From a virus: a stretch of DNA of 64,000 nucleotides. Where the stretch lies: IMG/VR virus record IMGVR_UViG_3300035694_000001, positions 31,771 to 95,770 of that record; one strand, 5' to 3'. The notes under the pieces were generated by a model. That model saw nothing but the letters and a program-made list of their open reading frames with translations, was not told the DNA's origin and did no database searches. The position numbers and the translations under genes are program-made. Positions 8,720-19,019 of the stretch are shown piece by piece (position 1 is the first letter of the stretch; each line of letters starts with the position of its first letter).

Positions 8720-10714
8720 GACTAACCTTCGTCAAATTCGACAATAACAGCCCTATTGTCATCATCAAACTTGACATAATCCAGTTCTTCGTCATCGATG
8801 CTCTTTACCGGGTGGTCACCGTACTTCGTTACAAGCTCAGACAGTTGGTTGATTACCTCGGAAGCGTACATGATCAGACCCCGGCATTCCTCGGCTGCGA
8901 CTGTGGCGACAATGAGCTCACAGTCTCCCAAACCTCTTTGACCCGCACCGGGTGTCCGGTGTCGCGCACATGCTCATCACATTCACTGAAATCTTTAGGT
9001 GCCCAATCGCACCCCTCGGTGAGACATTTAGCGGTAGTGAGCGTACGGTTCTTTGTTTTATTGACGATGATGTGCTTTTCCATGTTTTAGTCCTCATATC
9101 TTTTGTTAGTGATGTGTACCCCGTGTCTACTTCATCCACACTATTTCCCCCACTTGTTGATAATTACTGCTGCGATGATTGCGGCGAGACCAGCCCAGCC
9201 TACTGCAATGAACATAAACTCAATGAAGCGAGCATTGATCACTCAGCCCACAACCATTCGGACACCACAGCAACGATTCGCTCAACCTCCTCTGGCAGTG
9301 GCTTGGCCCATCCACCAGGGGTCGAGATCACATCAGCATCTAGCAGTTTGCCGCGCAGAATCAAACGAGCTTTGGCTCGTGCTTCCTCAACGGAACCAGC
9401 TGTCTCGCTGCTCATAGCCTGTGGCTCATACGGAATCCAAAGGGTCCGGGCAGACTGAGATAGCAACGGTGCAGGAACGAGCGGTGCCGGGTAGACCGGC
9501 GATAGCGGTGCCCTGAGAAGAGCAGGTGCACCAAGAAATAGATGATACCGAGGATGATCAGCATGTGGAGCATGGCAGCTTAGACCTTTCTCTCTCAAAA
9601 TCGGATGCGTGAGCACTGCATAAAGGAACATCGTAGATGATTTCGCCTGCCTCGATTGGCCGGGTAGTAACAGCCAGATCGAGGCATCGGCCCATACCGC
9701 GCCAGCGATGGGCGCATTGCCCGTTAACCAGAGACTGCATCAATTCCTGCTTCCTGGCCTCCACCAACAGCCCGGCACCGCGTCTACCTGCGTGTCATTC
9801 CGGTCAAGATGATCCTGTGACACTGGCGCCTCAGTCACCCCCCGATCGTTAAACTCATCTTTCTTTTCCCAATCACGGGTCTCTCCGAATCCAAACATTA
9901 TTGCAGTCCTTTCTAGGCTCTATCAGAGCCAACCAAACCTATCGGTTTTAGGGTCATAGTGCTCTGTGTCTGGCTCATCTACAGGCCAGCTGGACTTACC
10001 TTCTATGCCAGTAACGCTGCAGTGCTCTTCTCCATCTGGGATGTTTGTGGCGCTCACTTCGGCGTAGTGCTGAGTGCAGAGGTAGATGGGTCGGCTGTTG
10101 GAATGCGGGTTGTAAAGTTTGGTGCCCGGCTGGTCACAGGGTAAAGCGCACGGGCCGAAGATCGTAAACAGCAACCAAGCCCACATGATAGCTCCCTTCA
10201 GGAGTTGCGGATGGCGTCGGCGAGGTCAAGCATGGCATGTGCCTTAGCCGCTTCAACACGCAAATGGTAAGATGTGCCATGGCTGAATAAACCCATACTG
10301 GCGAGTAGCTCTTGAGCTTTCAGCCCATCGGCCGAGGGCGGCGCCAGCTCGTTGGCCGAGGAATCTACGATTGGCATGTCAGGCATTGCATGTCTCCTTA
10401 ATCCCAGCCCGGCATGCCGGGCTCTGCGTAGTGATGCGGGCCTGAGCACAGCAACCCAGACATCCCGTGCTCACAAGTTGGGTACAACAGATCAAAAGTA
10501 ACCGGGTGGCGCTCAGGGTCAACGGTGGGCTGCTTTTCGCTCCAATCCCACATAGCGCAGTAAGTCTTGCGCTCCCAGAAAGCAGCGGCGTTCGCATCGA
10601 TCTCAGCATCGGTGCCTGTGAAGACTGCTTTGTAGGACCGACGTTGATCGCAAATATGAACTTCGAGCACTACCCGCTGCGCCTTCACGGCTACTCCTTG
10701 TCTAGTCATAATTG

Positions 10715-10910
10715 GGGCCGCGTCGGTGGCACTGCTTACCAGTCCTGCCAGTTCCTTTTAATTCCGATATTTATTTCGCGCGGCCCACTGTTTAGTTTTG
10801 GTTTGGGGTGTCGCGTCGGTGGCCTGCTATGCCAGCCTGTGTTCCGGGTTATCCGATATTCCCGGCTGAGTGTCGGTTATTCGCGCGACTCAACTATTTA
10901 GTTTTGGTTT
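10715..10910 (-). ncRNA. tandem pair of structured RNA motifs, family not recognised
   Basis: Two ~90-105 nt units with conserved blocks and a compensatory change in the closing stem; strand assumed from flanking genes. Confidence 0.65.
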
Positions 10911-11222
10911 ACACAGGGGTGTAGGCCCTGTCGTTAACTATGGTGACGCCGTGCTCATCGCACTTTGTGCAGATGTCTGGATCACTATAGGCTAGCGTCG
11001 TATCACAGCCGAGGCAGGCCTTGCGAGCTACACGCCCAGTATGGGAGTCGTAAGGTGTTCCACAATTCCGACAAAACCACGGGCCGTAGAGAGCCGAGTC
11101 AGGAGGGCGGTGCAATCCCGCCGCGCAGCACGGTGACTCTTGATCGGAGTATTCTGGCATTTCGATCAACATCTTTGACGCTCCCTCGGTAGCTCTTGTG
11201 CTGCTGTCGACCTGTATATAGG

Positions 11223-11252
11223 AATCTAGCATCCTAGCGTTACAGCTGTCAA
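11223..11252 (-). promoter_or_regulatory. promoter TTGACA-18-TAGATT
   Basis: Same TGTAAC..GGATGC spacer family as the promoters at 4576 and 5028. Confidence 0.7.
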
Positions 11253-11670
11253 GCCCGGCAGGCTAGATTTTTTACAGCCTTACGAGCGGAGTGTGCAGCG
11301 AACGGTTGCGGCACCGCCCGCATTTCAGGACGAGCCCGGCGTCCGTCGAGGACTGCACGTGCTGGCCGGTCCGATCATTGCAACGCCGGCAGGTGGCGGC
11401 TACATACTGCCCGATTTTGTAAGTACCTGAGTCAAAAAATCTAGGGGTGCCGGGCACAGTATTTTCAGTGATAATGATTTCTGGCATTTCTCAGCCCTCC
11501 TTGGCGAGGATCTCGGCGCACTCCGGTTGTTCGATCAGCTTGCGGGCCCATGTGGCAGCTTCTTTGTCCTTGCCGCAATTTTTGAAGGCGATTGCCTTGG
11601 CGAGCGAGCGGTTGATCTCCTGCCGGTCCATGTGGGGCCTCCTGGCCTCGGCGACTGCTTGCTATATAGG

Positions 11671-11708
11671 AACCTAGCAACCTTCGGCCAACCTGTCAAG
11701 CTCGACAG
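11671..11708 (-). promoter_or_regulatory. promoter TTGACA-17-TAGGTT with CTGTC-N6-GACAG palindrome over the -35
   Basis: Read directly from the sequence. Confidence 0.7.
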
Positions 11709-11773
11709 TCTCAGAACATGGAAGAGGGCGGCACCCCCGCGTCTGGGCACCGCCCTCTAGGCCTCCGAGCTAC

Positions 11774-12175
11774 TTACGCGGCGAGGTGGGCCAGCAGCTC
11801 AGGATTCTGCATCCGCCACGCCGAGATGGCTACCTCAGGTAGCCGACCGCGCTTGGCCAGCGCGTGGCCGTTCGCCTCGGCGTAGGCCCGGACTTCCTGT
11901 CGCTGCTCCTTCGTCAGACCTGAGCCGCCAGCCTCAACGGCAGCCGGGGCACTGGCGGGCTTGTTAGCCGAGCCCTTCGGCCGGCCGCGCTTGACCGCCC
12001 CAGCCGCCTTCCGGCCCTTCTCGAAGTAGACGCCGAGAGCGTCTCGCAGCTCACCATGCTCAGCCTCGGTGAGGTCGATCTCGATAGCCGAGCCATCGAA
12101 GCTCAGCGTCACGCCGTGTGCGTCGGGGGCATCGCTTAGGTCACTCAGGATGTCTACGGTTACCTTCTGCGCCAT
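11774..12175 (-). CDS. lsr2: Lsr2 nucleoid-associated protein
   Basis: MAQKVTVDILSDL..FDG..EIDLT; C-term EVRAYAEANG..KRGRLP AT-hook; AGGAG RBS. Confidence 0.93.
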   Translation of the reverse strand: MAQKVTVDILSDLSDAPDAHGVTLSFDGSAIEIDLTEAEHGELRDALGVYFEKGRKAAGAVKRGRPKGSANKPASAPAAVEAGGSGLTKEQRQEVRAYAEANGHALAKRGRLPEVAISAWRMQNPELLAHLAA

Positions 12176-12468
12176 GGGTGTTTGTCTCCTTTGTGAGTCG
12201 GATTTTTCTGATAAAGCCGTTGATACACCTAATAATATATTCTTGTCAACTCGCAAGGCGGCCCGCGCGGTGTCTAGTTTCTTGCTCGGCCTCTGGGTTT
12301 CCTTAGCCGCTATCGCGTTTCTGCTGGCAGGGACCTTGACGCTAGGCTTCTTGGGCCTAGCGCTAGCCCTTGGCCTCGCTGCCGCCGGTCGGGTGATCTG
12401 GCGGCGAAGCTGGTAGCCTAGCTGTACCGATCCCTACGAGGCCGGTGCGGTGCCTGACAACACCAGAC

Positions 12469-12510
12469 AGAGCAGGGCCCCTAGGTACTCCGACCTGGGG
12501 GCCCTGCTCT
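12469..12510. terminator. hairpin terminator
   Basis: AGAGCAGGGCCCC..GGGGCCCTGCTCT. Confidence 0.65.
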
Positions 12511-12518
12511 TTGCTGTC

Positions 12519-12824
12519 TTACTCTCTCTCAGGCAGAGCTACCGGTCCTTCCTCAGGCAGGTGCGCCTTGCGCCATGCCTGATTTTTCGTCTTGCCGACC
12601 GCTGCGCCGACGCGCGCCCAGACATCTGAATTTTGTGGTCGGTACTCCTGGTAGAGCCCGTGGTAAAGAGCCCTCAGCAGATACGGTGCTCGGGCTACAA
12701 GCTCTTCCAGGTTCGTCACAGCTTTGATCAAATCAGTTTCTCGATCATCACCTAACTCCCCTAGCACCTCACGCAGTGCATCGCTCTCCACGACGCCGTA
12801 CGACACCACGTCTGGTCTGTCCAC
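12519..12824 (-). CDS. small HTH-type regulator divergent from the transfer operon
   Basis: VWARVGAAVGKTKNQAWRK HTH-like motif. Confidence 0.55.
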   Translation of the reverse strand: MDRPDVVSYGVVESDALREVLGELGDDRETDLIKAVTNLEELVARAPYLLRALYHGLYQEYRPQNSDVWARVGAAVGKTKNQAWRKAHLPEEGPVALPERE

Positions 12825-13046
12825 TCGGTGCTTCTCCTATCTCCTGCAGGTTTGCATGGTCAGGGGCCCCAGTATGGCCTATCTAGTTGCAATTTCGCAA
12901 CCGAAACTCTAGGCTGTCGAGCACGGCGCCCTAGGGGGTGCCCGGCCAGTCGTCGGCCACGACAGGCCAGCCGCCTGGGATGTGCTCAGTCCCCGACCAT
13001 CCCAGGCGGCGCCACCACAGGGGACAGGTAGGCAGGGCTGGTCTGG

Positions 13047-13937
13047 ATGACCACCGATCTCACGGCGTTGCAGCTCACCCGGCAAAAGGTCAATACCGGC
13101 ATCTGGATTTGTGCTGCCCTAACCATGACTGCTTCGGCGATTTCGGGCGTTACGGCTTTTGTCTACCTGCAAAAAGACGGCTGGGGCATTGCTTCTGGGG
13201 CCATGACTGCCCTTGCGGTTGATGTCGCGCTGTGGGTGGCCTTGACCGGTGACCGGTTGATGGAAGCTATCGGCATCCCTTCTGGCCCCTGGGCTCGGGT
13301 AGTGCGCTGGGGCACGGCCGCGATGTCGGTCACCCTCAACATCACAGCGGCGGCCGTGGCCAACATCCCGGTTACGCTCAAAGTCCCACTGATCATCCTG
13401 CACGCCTTCGTACCGCTGATCATGGTGTCGCTGGCCGAGCTGCGCGGCGAGTATGCACAGCAGCTGGCGCCCGTCGAACGCGCGGCTCTCGCAGAGATAG
13501 AGGCCCAGGAGCGAGCTGCTGATACCCCGATCGTTGCGCCATCCGAGCGAATCTCGGCTACTAGCGACCAGCTCGAAGCTCTGGGGCCGGCACTCGAAAG
13601 ATCACAACGTCCGTTGGATCTAGGGCCCGCAGTTCCAACGGTAACGCCGTTTGCTTATAGGTCTGAGCACGTCGACAACCAATTTGCTCGCCCACGCTCT
13701 GACCAGCGGAAACACACTCGATCTTCTCGAGGACAACGCCCTGACCTGCGGGTTTCCACGCCGACTGGCCAGCCGGCTGTGCGCCGCTCGAACGTGCGAG
13801 ATGCCGCGTTCGCCTGGCTCGACGCTCACCACAGCCCCGACACCACCGCACGGAAGCTCGCCGAGGCCCTCAACGGATCCGAACACACCTGCAAAAAGTT
13901 GCTCGGCGAATGGCGCCGGCAGAAGGCGGCATCATGA
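13047..13937 (+). CDS. multi-pass membrane protein with C-terminal HTH (Spd/DUF2637-like plasmid spread protein)
   Basis: Four hydrophobic N-terminal segments with LAVD and HAFVP motifs, C-term ARKLAEALNGSEHTCK; stop overlaps the traB start. Confidence 0.65.
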   Translation: MTTDLTALQLTRQKVNTGIWICAALTMTASAISGVTAFVYLQKDGWGIASGAMTALAVDVALWVALTGDRLMEAIGIPSGPWARVVRWGTAAMSVTLNITAAAVANIPVTLKVPLIILHAFVPLIMVSLAELRGEYAQQLAPVERAALAEIEAQERAADTPIVAPSERISATSDQLEALGPALERSQRPLDLGPAVPTVTPFAYRSEHVDNQFARPRSDQRKHTRSSRGQRPDLRVSTPTGQPAVRRSNVRDAAFAWLDAHHSPDTTARKLAEALNGSEHTCKKLLGEWRRQKAAS

Positions 13938-16030
13938 CAATCACAGATATTCGACAGTTTCCTGAGGATCGTGCCCCCTGGTGGCGACGGTGGTTTGACC
14001 GCCAGCAGCCAGAAGCTCAGTACGGCGACGTAGTGAGCACTGAGGTAATCAAATGGGAAGGCTCGCCGGAGGAAGAGCCGAAGGGTTGGGCCTGGGTAGA
14101 AAAGCACGCGGTAAGCCTGCCGGACAAGCGGGCGGTCAAAGCCAAGCTCAAGCACGCGGCATCCAAAATGCCTGGCATCCTCGCCAAGCACATACTCGTT
14201 ACGATTCCTAGAGGTATGTGGGCTGAGGTGGTTCAACCCACCTGGCGCGGCGCCGGCAAGTGCATGACGGCATATCACCACTGGGTTACCGCGATCCATC
14301 TCGATGAAGCGCAGAAAGTAGCTGAAGGACCCCTCAAAGCTCGCACGTTGAAAGATCGACACAGCAGCCATGGGTACCGCATCTGGGCCTCGATCATCGC
14401 TGTGCTGTCGGCTGCCGGCGGCATGACGTACCTCTACTACACCCAGCTCAACTACTTCTTTGCTGTCCTTATTGCCCTGGTTTGCATCCTCGATCTGATC
14501 GGCCGAGCCGGGCAGGAGAAGAAAGAAGAGTTTGTGCCGATCTACCGGGAGCCTCTCCGAGAGGGGATGCCCTACAAGCAGCTCACCGCGTCGATACAAA
14601 GCGCCTTCAACGAAATCATCGGGGTAGACGGCAACGGACACCCGTTGGTGCGAGTGGATGGCATCTGCTCATATGACTTCGATCGTGAAGAGTGGCGGCA
14701 GAATCTCTCCACTTTCCAAGAGATCAAAGAAGAGCATGTGCGGACACTGGAGCGGTCTATTGGCGCGGCACTTCGCTCGGTTCGCATCCTTGAAGTACCA
14801 GCCGTTGCCACTCGGCGGATTTTGAGCATCAAAAATGGGGATCCGTTCGTTGATGTTCCTGTGGCGCCTTGGCTACCAACCAAGTCGCAGAATATCGCAG
14901 ATGGGCTTCTCCTTGGTAAGTCCCAGACTCCGATGCCGTACCGGGTGCATTTCGCCGGTGTGCATGTTGGTGTAGTCGGTGGCTCTGGTAGCGGTAAGAG
15001 CGAGGGCACTATTAGTGCGATTATCGAAGGAATACTCTCTTGCTATAATGCTGTGCCGGTTGGTATTGACCTTACTGAGGGGCCAATTTTCCCGATTTAT
15101 GGTGACTGCATTCAGCGAGTCGCTTACACCCCGGAAGATGCGGACACACTTCTTGACTGGCTGCTTGCCGAGATCAAAGAACGTGCCAAGATTCTGGGCG
15201 ATATCGCGCGCAGCAGTGACCCTAACGATAAGGGCCGCGAATGGAATGTTCACCTTGCTGCGAAGTACAACAAGCCCAGTGTCCATCTCATTGTGGACGA
15301 ATCCCCACAGGCGATGAAATTTAATGGGCAGCCGAAGGGTACCATCAACCTTGCCGCTAAGCTGGAAGTAATCGCACGTACGGGCAGCAAGCATTGGGTG
15401 ACCTTGGTTCTCGCCTCCCAGAAGACCGGCAAGTCCGATGCCGGCAGCACTGGTATTTCTTCACAGATCATGACTTGGCTCGTCGGCCCTTGCACCCAAG
15501 ATGATGCTAATGAGATCTTCTCACCAGAGTTGCGGCGGGCCGGTTGGGCGCCGAACCTGCTTAAACCCGCCGTTCGGAACATCTCGAAGAATGATGCCGG
15601 GCGTGTTTATGTGAGCGCCGCTGGCTTTGGCCCTGACATTTGCATTAGCTGGACGCCTATGCCAGAACCAGAAATCAAACGTCGGCGAGACCAGCGGCTG
15701 ATTGATGGGTTGCCTCGCATTACCAGCGGGGTTGGTTTCCCTGGGGACAGCAATACCGTAGAAGGCAAAGTAGTGCCGAATACCCTTTCAGCCTTGGCCG
15801 CCGCGCTCGATGATATTGAGCCCCCGGACGGCAAGCTGCCCAGCGCCATGGCTGCTGAATGGATCACTGAGCACAGCAATCAGGAAGTCGACGCCACGGA
15901 GCTGGCCAAGCAGCTGCGCGCCGAGCTGGGTGACCTCGCGCCGAGGGCCAAGAGCATGCGCAACAAGCTGCGAGGCAACTGCTCTTGCTACCTCGCAACC
16001 GACATCAACGACGCCATGGAGGCGCTATGA
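13934..16030 (+). CDS. TraB-like FtsK/SpoIIIE-family DNA translocase
   Basis: Two TM helices, Walker A GGSGSGKS, Walker B LIVDE, LVLASQK motif, C-terminal helical domain. Confidence 0.85.
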   Translation: MTITDIRQFPEDRAPWWRRWFDRQQPEAQYGDVVSTEVIKWEGSPEEEPKGWAWVEKHAVSLPDKRAVKAKLKHAASKMPGILAKHILVTIPRGMWAEVVQPTWRGAGKCMTAYHHWVTAIHLDEAQKVAEGPLKARTLKDRHSSHGYRIWASIIAVLSAAGGMTYLYYTQLNYFFAVLIALVCILDLIGRAGQEKKEEFVPIYREPLREGMPYKQLTASIQSAFNEIIGVDGNGHPLVRVDGICSYDFDREEWRQNLSTFQEIKEEHVRTLERSIGAALRSVRILEVPAVATRRILSIKNGDPFVDVPVAPWLPTKSQNIADGLLLGKSQTPMPYRVHFAGVHVGVVGGSGSGKSEGTISAIIEGILSCYNAVPVGIDLTEGPIFPIYGDCIQRVAYTPEDADTLLDWLLAEIKERAKILGDIARSSDPNDKGREWNVHLAAKYNKPSVHLIVDESPQAMKFNGQPKGTINLAAKLEVIARTGSKHWVTLVLASQKTGKSDAGSTGISSQIMTWLVGPCTQDDANEIFSPELRRAGWAPNLLKPAVRNISKNDAGRVYVSAAGFGPDICISWTPMPEPEIKRRRDQRLIDGLPRITSGVGFPGDSNTVEGKVVPNTLSALAAALDDIEPPDGKLPSAMAAEWITEHSNQEVDATELAKQLRAELGDLAPRAKSMRNKLRGNCSCYLATDINDAMEAL

Positions 16031-16127
16031 GAACCACAACGTCCGGCTCAACGGACGAACCCCTAGGGCTCAACCTTCAACGCTTGTTGAACCCCCCTGT
16101 TGAAGGCCTGGCGGGCTCTAAGACTCC

Positions 16128-16257
16128 TGGGGTTGTCCGGGTATCCGTGCAGGGGTCGAGGGGCCCCAGGGGTCATCAGCAGGGGTACTCAGCAGGAGGG
16201 GTCAAGGGGTCATGCACGTCTGGGTAGGGGTCTTGCTGTTCTTGGGGGCATGGGGTC
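16128..16257. repeat. clt-like cluster of AGGGGTC direct repeats
   Basis: AGGGGTC at 16151, 16168, 16197, 16205, 16226; variants at 16128, 16159, 16181, 16251. Confidence 0.65.
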
Positions 16258-16418
16258 TTCACATCTGGAACAAACCCTATGTGACCTGCTCACACTGTGG
16301 AGGGTCAAAGCGTGAGTACGCCGCAGACGGGGTGCACTTCAGCGAGGAGGAGTGCTTCTGGTGCTACGAGAACGGCTACCGCTACCGCTGGGAGTTGAGG
16401 TGGTTGACCCTCTTCTAA
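16212..16418 (+). CDS. small TM + CxxC zinc-finger protein of the transfer module
   Basis: Hydrophobic N-term, PYVTCSHCGG..CFWC. Confidence 0.6.
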   Translation: MHVWVGVLLFLGAWGLHIWNKPYVTCSHCGGSKREYAADGVHFSEEECFWCYENGYRYRWELRWLTLF

Positions 16419-16426
16419 ATGACCCC

Positions 16427-16465
16427 CTGTCGAGCTTGACAGGTGCCTAGGTGTCCGGCTACGTT
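16427..16465 (+). promoter_or_regulatory. promoter TTGACA-18-TACGTT with CTGTC-N6-GACAG palindrome
   Basis: 16427-16444 is the exact reverse complement of 11691-11708. Confidence 0.65.
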
Positions 16466-18038
16466 GTTACTAGGTTCCTAGTATGTTGAAGATCGGAGAA
16501 GCCATGAAGCTCAGAATGCCCGTTATCGCCTATGCGGTAGCTCGTACCGGGGCGCGTCGAGTGATCACTGCCTTGGGGGCCTTGGGCCTCAACGTCCGGG
16601 ATAGCTTCGTGGGCCTCGGCAGCAACGTCCGGCCCTGGAAGCGCGCGGCCATGTGGATCTGCCTTGCCCTGAACTTGGTGCTTGCTTTTGCGCTCGCAAC
16701 GCGCGGCAACGTCGTGAGCTTCATGGCCTTGCTCGGCTGCTGCACCGCTCTTAACTACCTCGACAGCACGATGCCCAGAAAGGTTAGGCCATGACAACCA
16801 TCGTCGATGCCCGCTACCACGAGGTGCACTGGTCGGGCGCCCTGGGTGATGCTCCTATCACCACTAAGCTCTATGGCAGCGCCCAGTTCCGCCCTTTCAA
16901 AATCAATGTCCGATACCGTGCGACTGCGGGTAAATGGGAGGCTGAGTGCGCCGAGGTGGCGGGGCCTCAGGTGAAGAAAGATGGAACCCAAGGCAAGAAT
17001 TGGATCACCTCTGAGTACTGGTTTGACCTTTCTGAGGATGTCCCTCAGTGGATAACTGATATCGCAGCTACTTACCTTCCTAGGATTAAACCATGAGCAG
17101 AATCGTCCGAGTGATCGTGCACCATGTACTAGAGGTCGATGTTGACCGCCTGATTGATGATTGCGAGATAGGCGAGAATCTCGACGTCGACACTGACACA
17201 CTAAGCGACGGCCTAGCAGCGGATCACGTTGCCGGATTCTTCGACCCAGACTGCTGCATTCCCCGATGGGCGCGTGATGGTGTGCGTGTGATGACCAGCG
17301 ATGCCCAGGAGGTAGAAGATGTCTGACAAGGTTCGCAGCATCATGCAGGTAGTCAATTCCCGCGACCAGCAAGCTGTGATTGTTGTGGAGCGTGATCTCG
17401 CTTCAGGAATTATTACGCTAACTTCTACCGAAGTGTCAGATATGCGGGTGTACACGGAAATATCCACGCTGTCTGAGACGAATTACGAAGAGACGCGTAG
17501 CCCATGGGTAACTGACTTCAACGAGGCGAAGGTGCCAAGTGATGTCTGACGCCATCACGTACCCAGCCCCTGAAAAGGACGAGACCGGCGCCGAGTACTG
17601 GGAGCGGGTACGGCAGCTTGGCCTTCCTTTCCCTTGGGAAGCCGATCGATCACTGCCGCCGGGCGAAGTTAAGGTAATTGAGGAGTGGGCTAACAAAGAT
17701 TCTTCTACCGGCAACTATTGGCCCTGCGACGAAGCAGCAGTAAAGCGCACTGCCGCCAAGGTGGCGAGCTGCACAGTCATGCGGCGGATTCGTTGGGAAT
17801 CGGCTGGTCCTTGGGAAGAGGTGAGCTGAGCCATGGGATTTTGGACTGGCGATTATGGACGAGCAGATCAGTACGTTAATGGAGCCGCTGCACAGAATGG
17901 GCACTATAGCGTAGATACGCACGTTGCTCGGCAATGCCAAGACAGTGATAATAAGAATCAACGAAAGGATCGTGTCACATCAGCAGTGCACGACGCGGTA
18001 CAGAAAACTTCAGGGCTTTTAGACTGGTTGAGTAAATA

Positions 18039-19019
18039 ATGATGGGTCACGGGCACGGCTCCTTCGGCCTCTTCGCTGGCCTCGCTGTCGGAGATGCTCT
18101 GTCCTTGCCGCCGGCTGCCGTGATAACCCTTGGCCTTGCTAGCGCAGGAGCCGGGTTGCTGCCCGATATCGACTGCAAGGGGTCCACGGCCGCTACCGCT
18201 TTCGGCCCGTTCTCTCAGTTTGCGCACTACGGTGCCATCGAGCTGCACAATGTCGTCTCAGCCTCGATCAGCACTGACCGGCATGAGCACGGCGCGCACC
18301 GGGGCTTAACCCACTGGTGGCCTTTCTGGGTGGTGTGCGGTGGCGCTGTGTGGGCTCTGTGCACGATCAACCAGTGGGTTGTGATGGCGGTGCTGGCCCT
18401 GCTGTTCGCGCTCGCAGCGCGGGGCCTCACTATCCCCGATCTGCCAGCCGAGACGCAGGGTCGTTTCAACAACTCTCCCCGCCACCACATGATGATGAAA
18501 CTCGCCTACGGCCTGCTCAATCTCAACCCCTTTACCTTCATCATGCGGCGCGGCCGGAAACACGTAGCCAAGACGCGGCGCCTCGGCTGGGCACGGTTGG
18601 GTTTCCGGTTTGGCGTCGGCAAGGTCTTGACCGCAGCGGCGGCCAGCGCACTGGCTTACGGACTCGTAGCGGCCGGCGTCGCAGCCACCATCGGTCCGTG
18701 GCTCGGGCTCATTGTTGGCCTGGGGATGGCGTTGCATTGGTTCGGTGATTGCCCGACGCATATGGGTGTTCCTGGTATTAAACTTCATCAAGTGTGGAAG
18801 CTTCCGTTTTGGGCTTCATTCTATGCCGGCGGTCCGTTCGAGATCATGGCCATCTGGTTCAGCCTCGGGTGGCTCAATATCGTGTTGATTCCCGGACTAC
18901 TCAGCCACGCACATGAGATGACCGTGTTGATTTGGGCAACTTCTGCACTCGCAGTACTGATAGTCCTTGCTATCATTGTTGAAGCAACTAGTGTCGTTAA
19001 ACGAAAGAGGTACGTATAA
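18039..19019 (+). CDS. YdjM-like membrane metal-dependent hydrolase
   Basis: MGHGH, LLPDID, HRGLTH and HWFGD..T..GVP motifs; multiple TM segments. Confidence 0.85.
   Translation: MMGHGHGSFGLFAGLAVGDALSLPPAAVITLGLASAGAGLLPDIDCKGSTAATAFGPFSQFAHYGAIELHNVVSASISTDRHEHGAHRGLTHWWPFWVVCGGAVWALCTINQWVVMAVLALLFALAARGLTIPDLPAETQGRFNNSPRHHMMMKLAYGLLNLNPFTFIMRRGRKHVAKTRRLGWARLGFRFGVGKVLTAAAASALAYGLVAAGVAATIGPWLGLIVGLGMALHWFGDCPTHMGVPGIKLHQVWKLPFWASFYAGGPFEIMAIWFSLGWLNIVLIPGLLSHAHEMTVLIWATSALAVLIVLAIIVEATSVVKRKRYV

Larger units (their letters stand above)
6968..11631 (-). other. leftward array of many small hypothetical genes (e.g. 6968-7261, 7859-8353, 8874-9083, 9740-9898, 9923-10186, 10398-10709, 11272-11487, 11491-11631)
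   Basis: Head-to-tail minus-strand ORFs with RBSs and start/stop overlaps. Confidence 0.65.

Noticed and set aside
10467-10901. 144-aa plus-strand ORF
   Set aside because: Antisense to the operon, no recognisable motif, and it crosses the structured repeat
10715-10910. CRISPR mini-array
   Set aside because: Only two degenerate ~100-nt units with internal conservation, no repeat-spacer periodicity and no cas operon
12176-12416. N-terminal extension of Lsr2
   Set aside because: A good RBS and the canonical MAQKV start are at 12175; the upstream region holds an AT-rich TTGACA promoter
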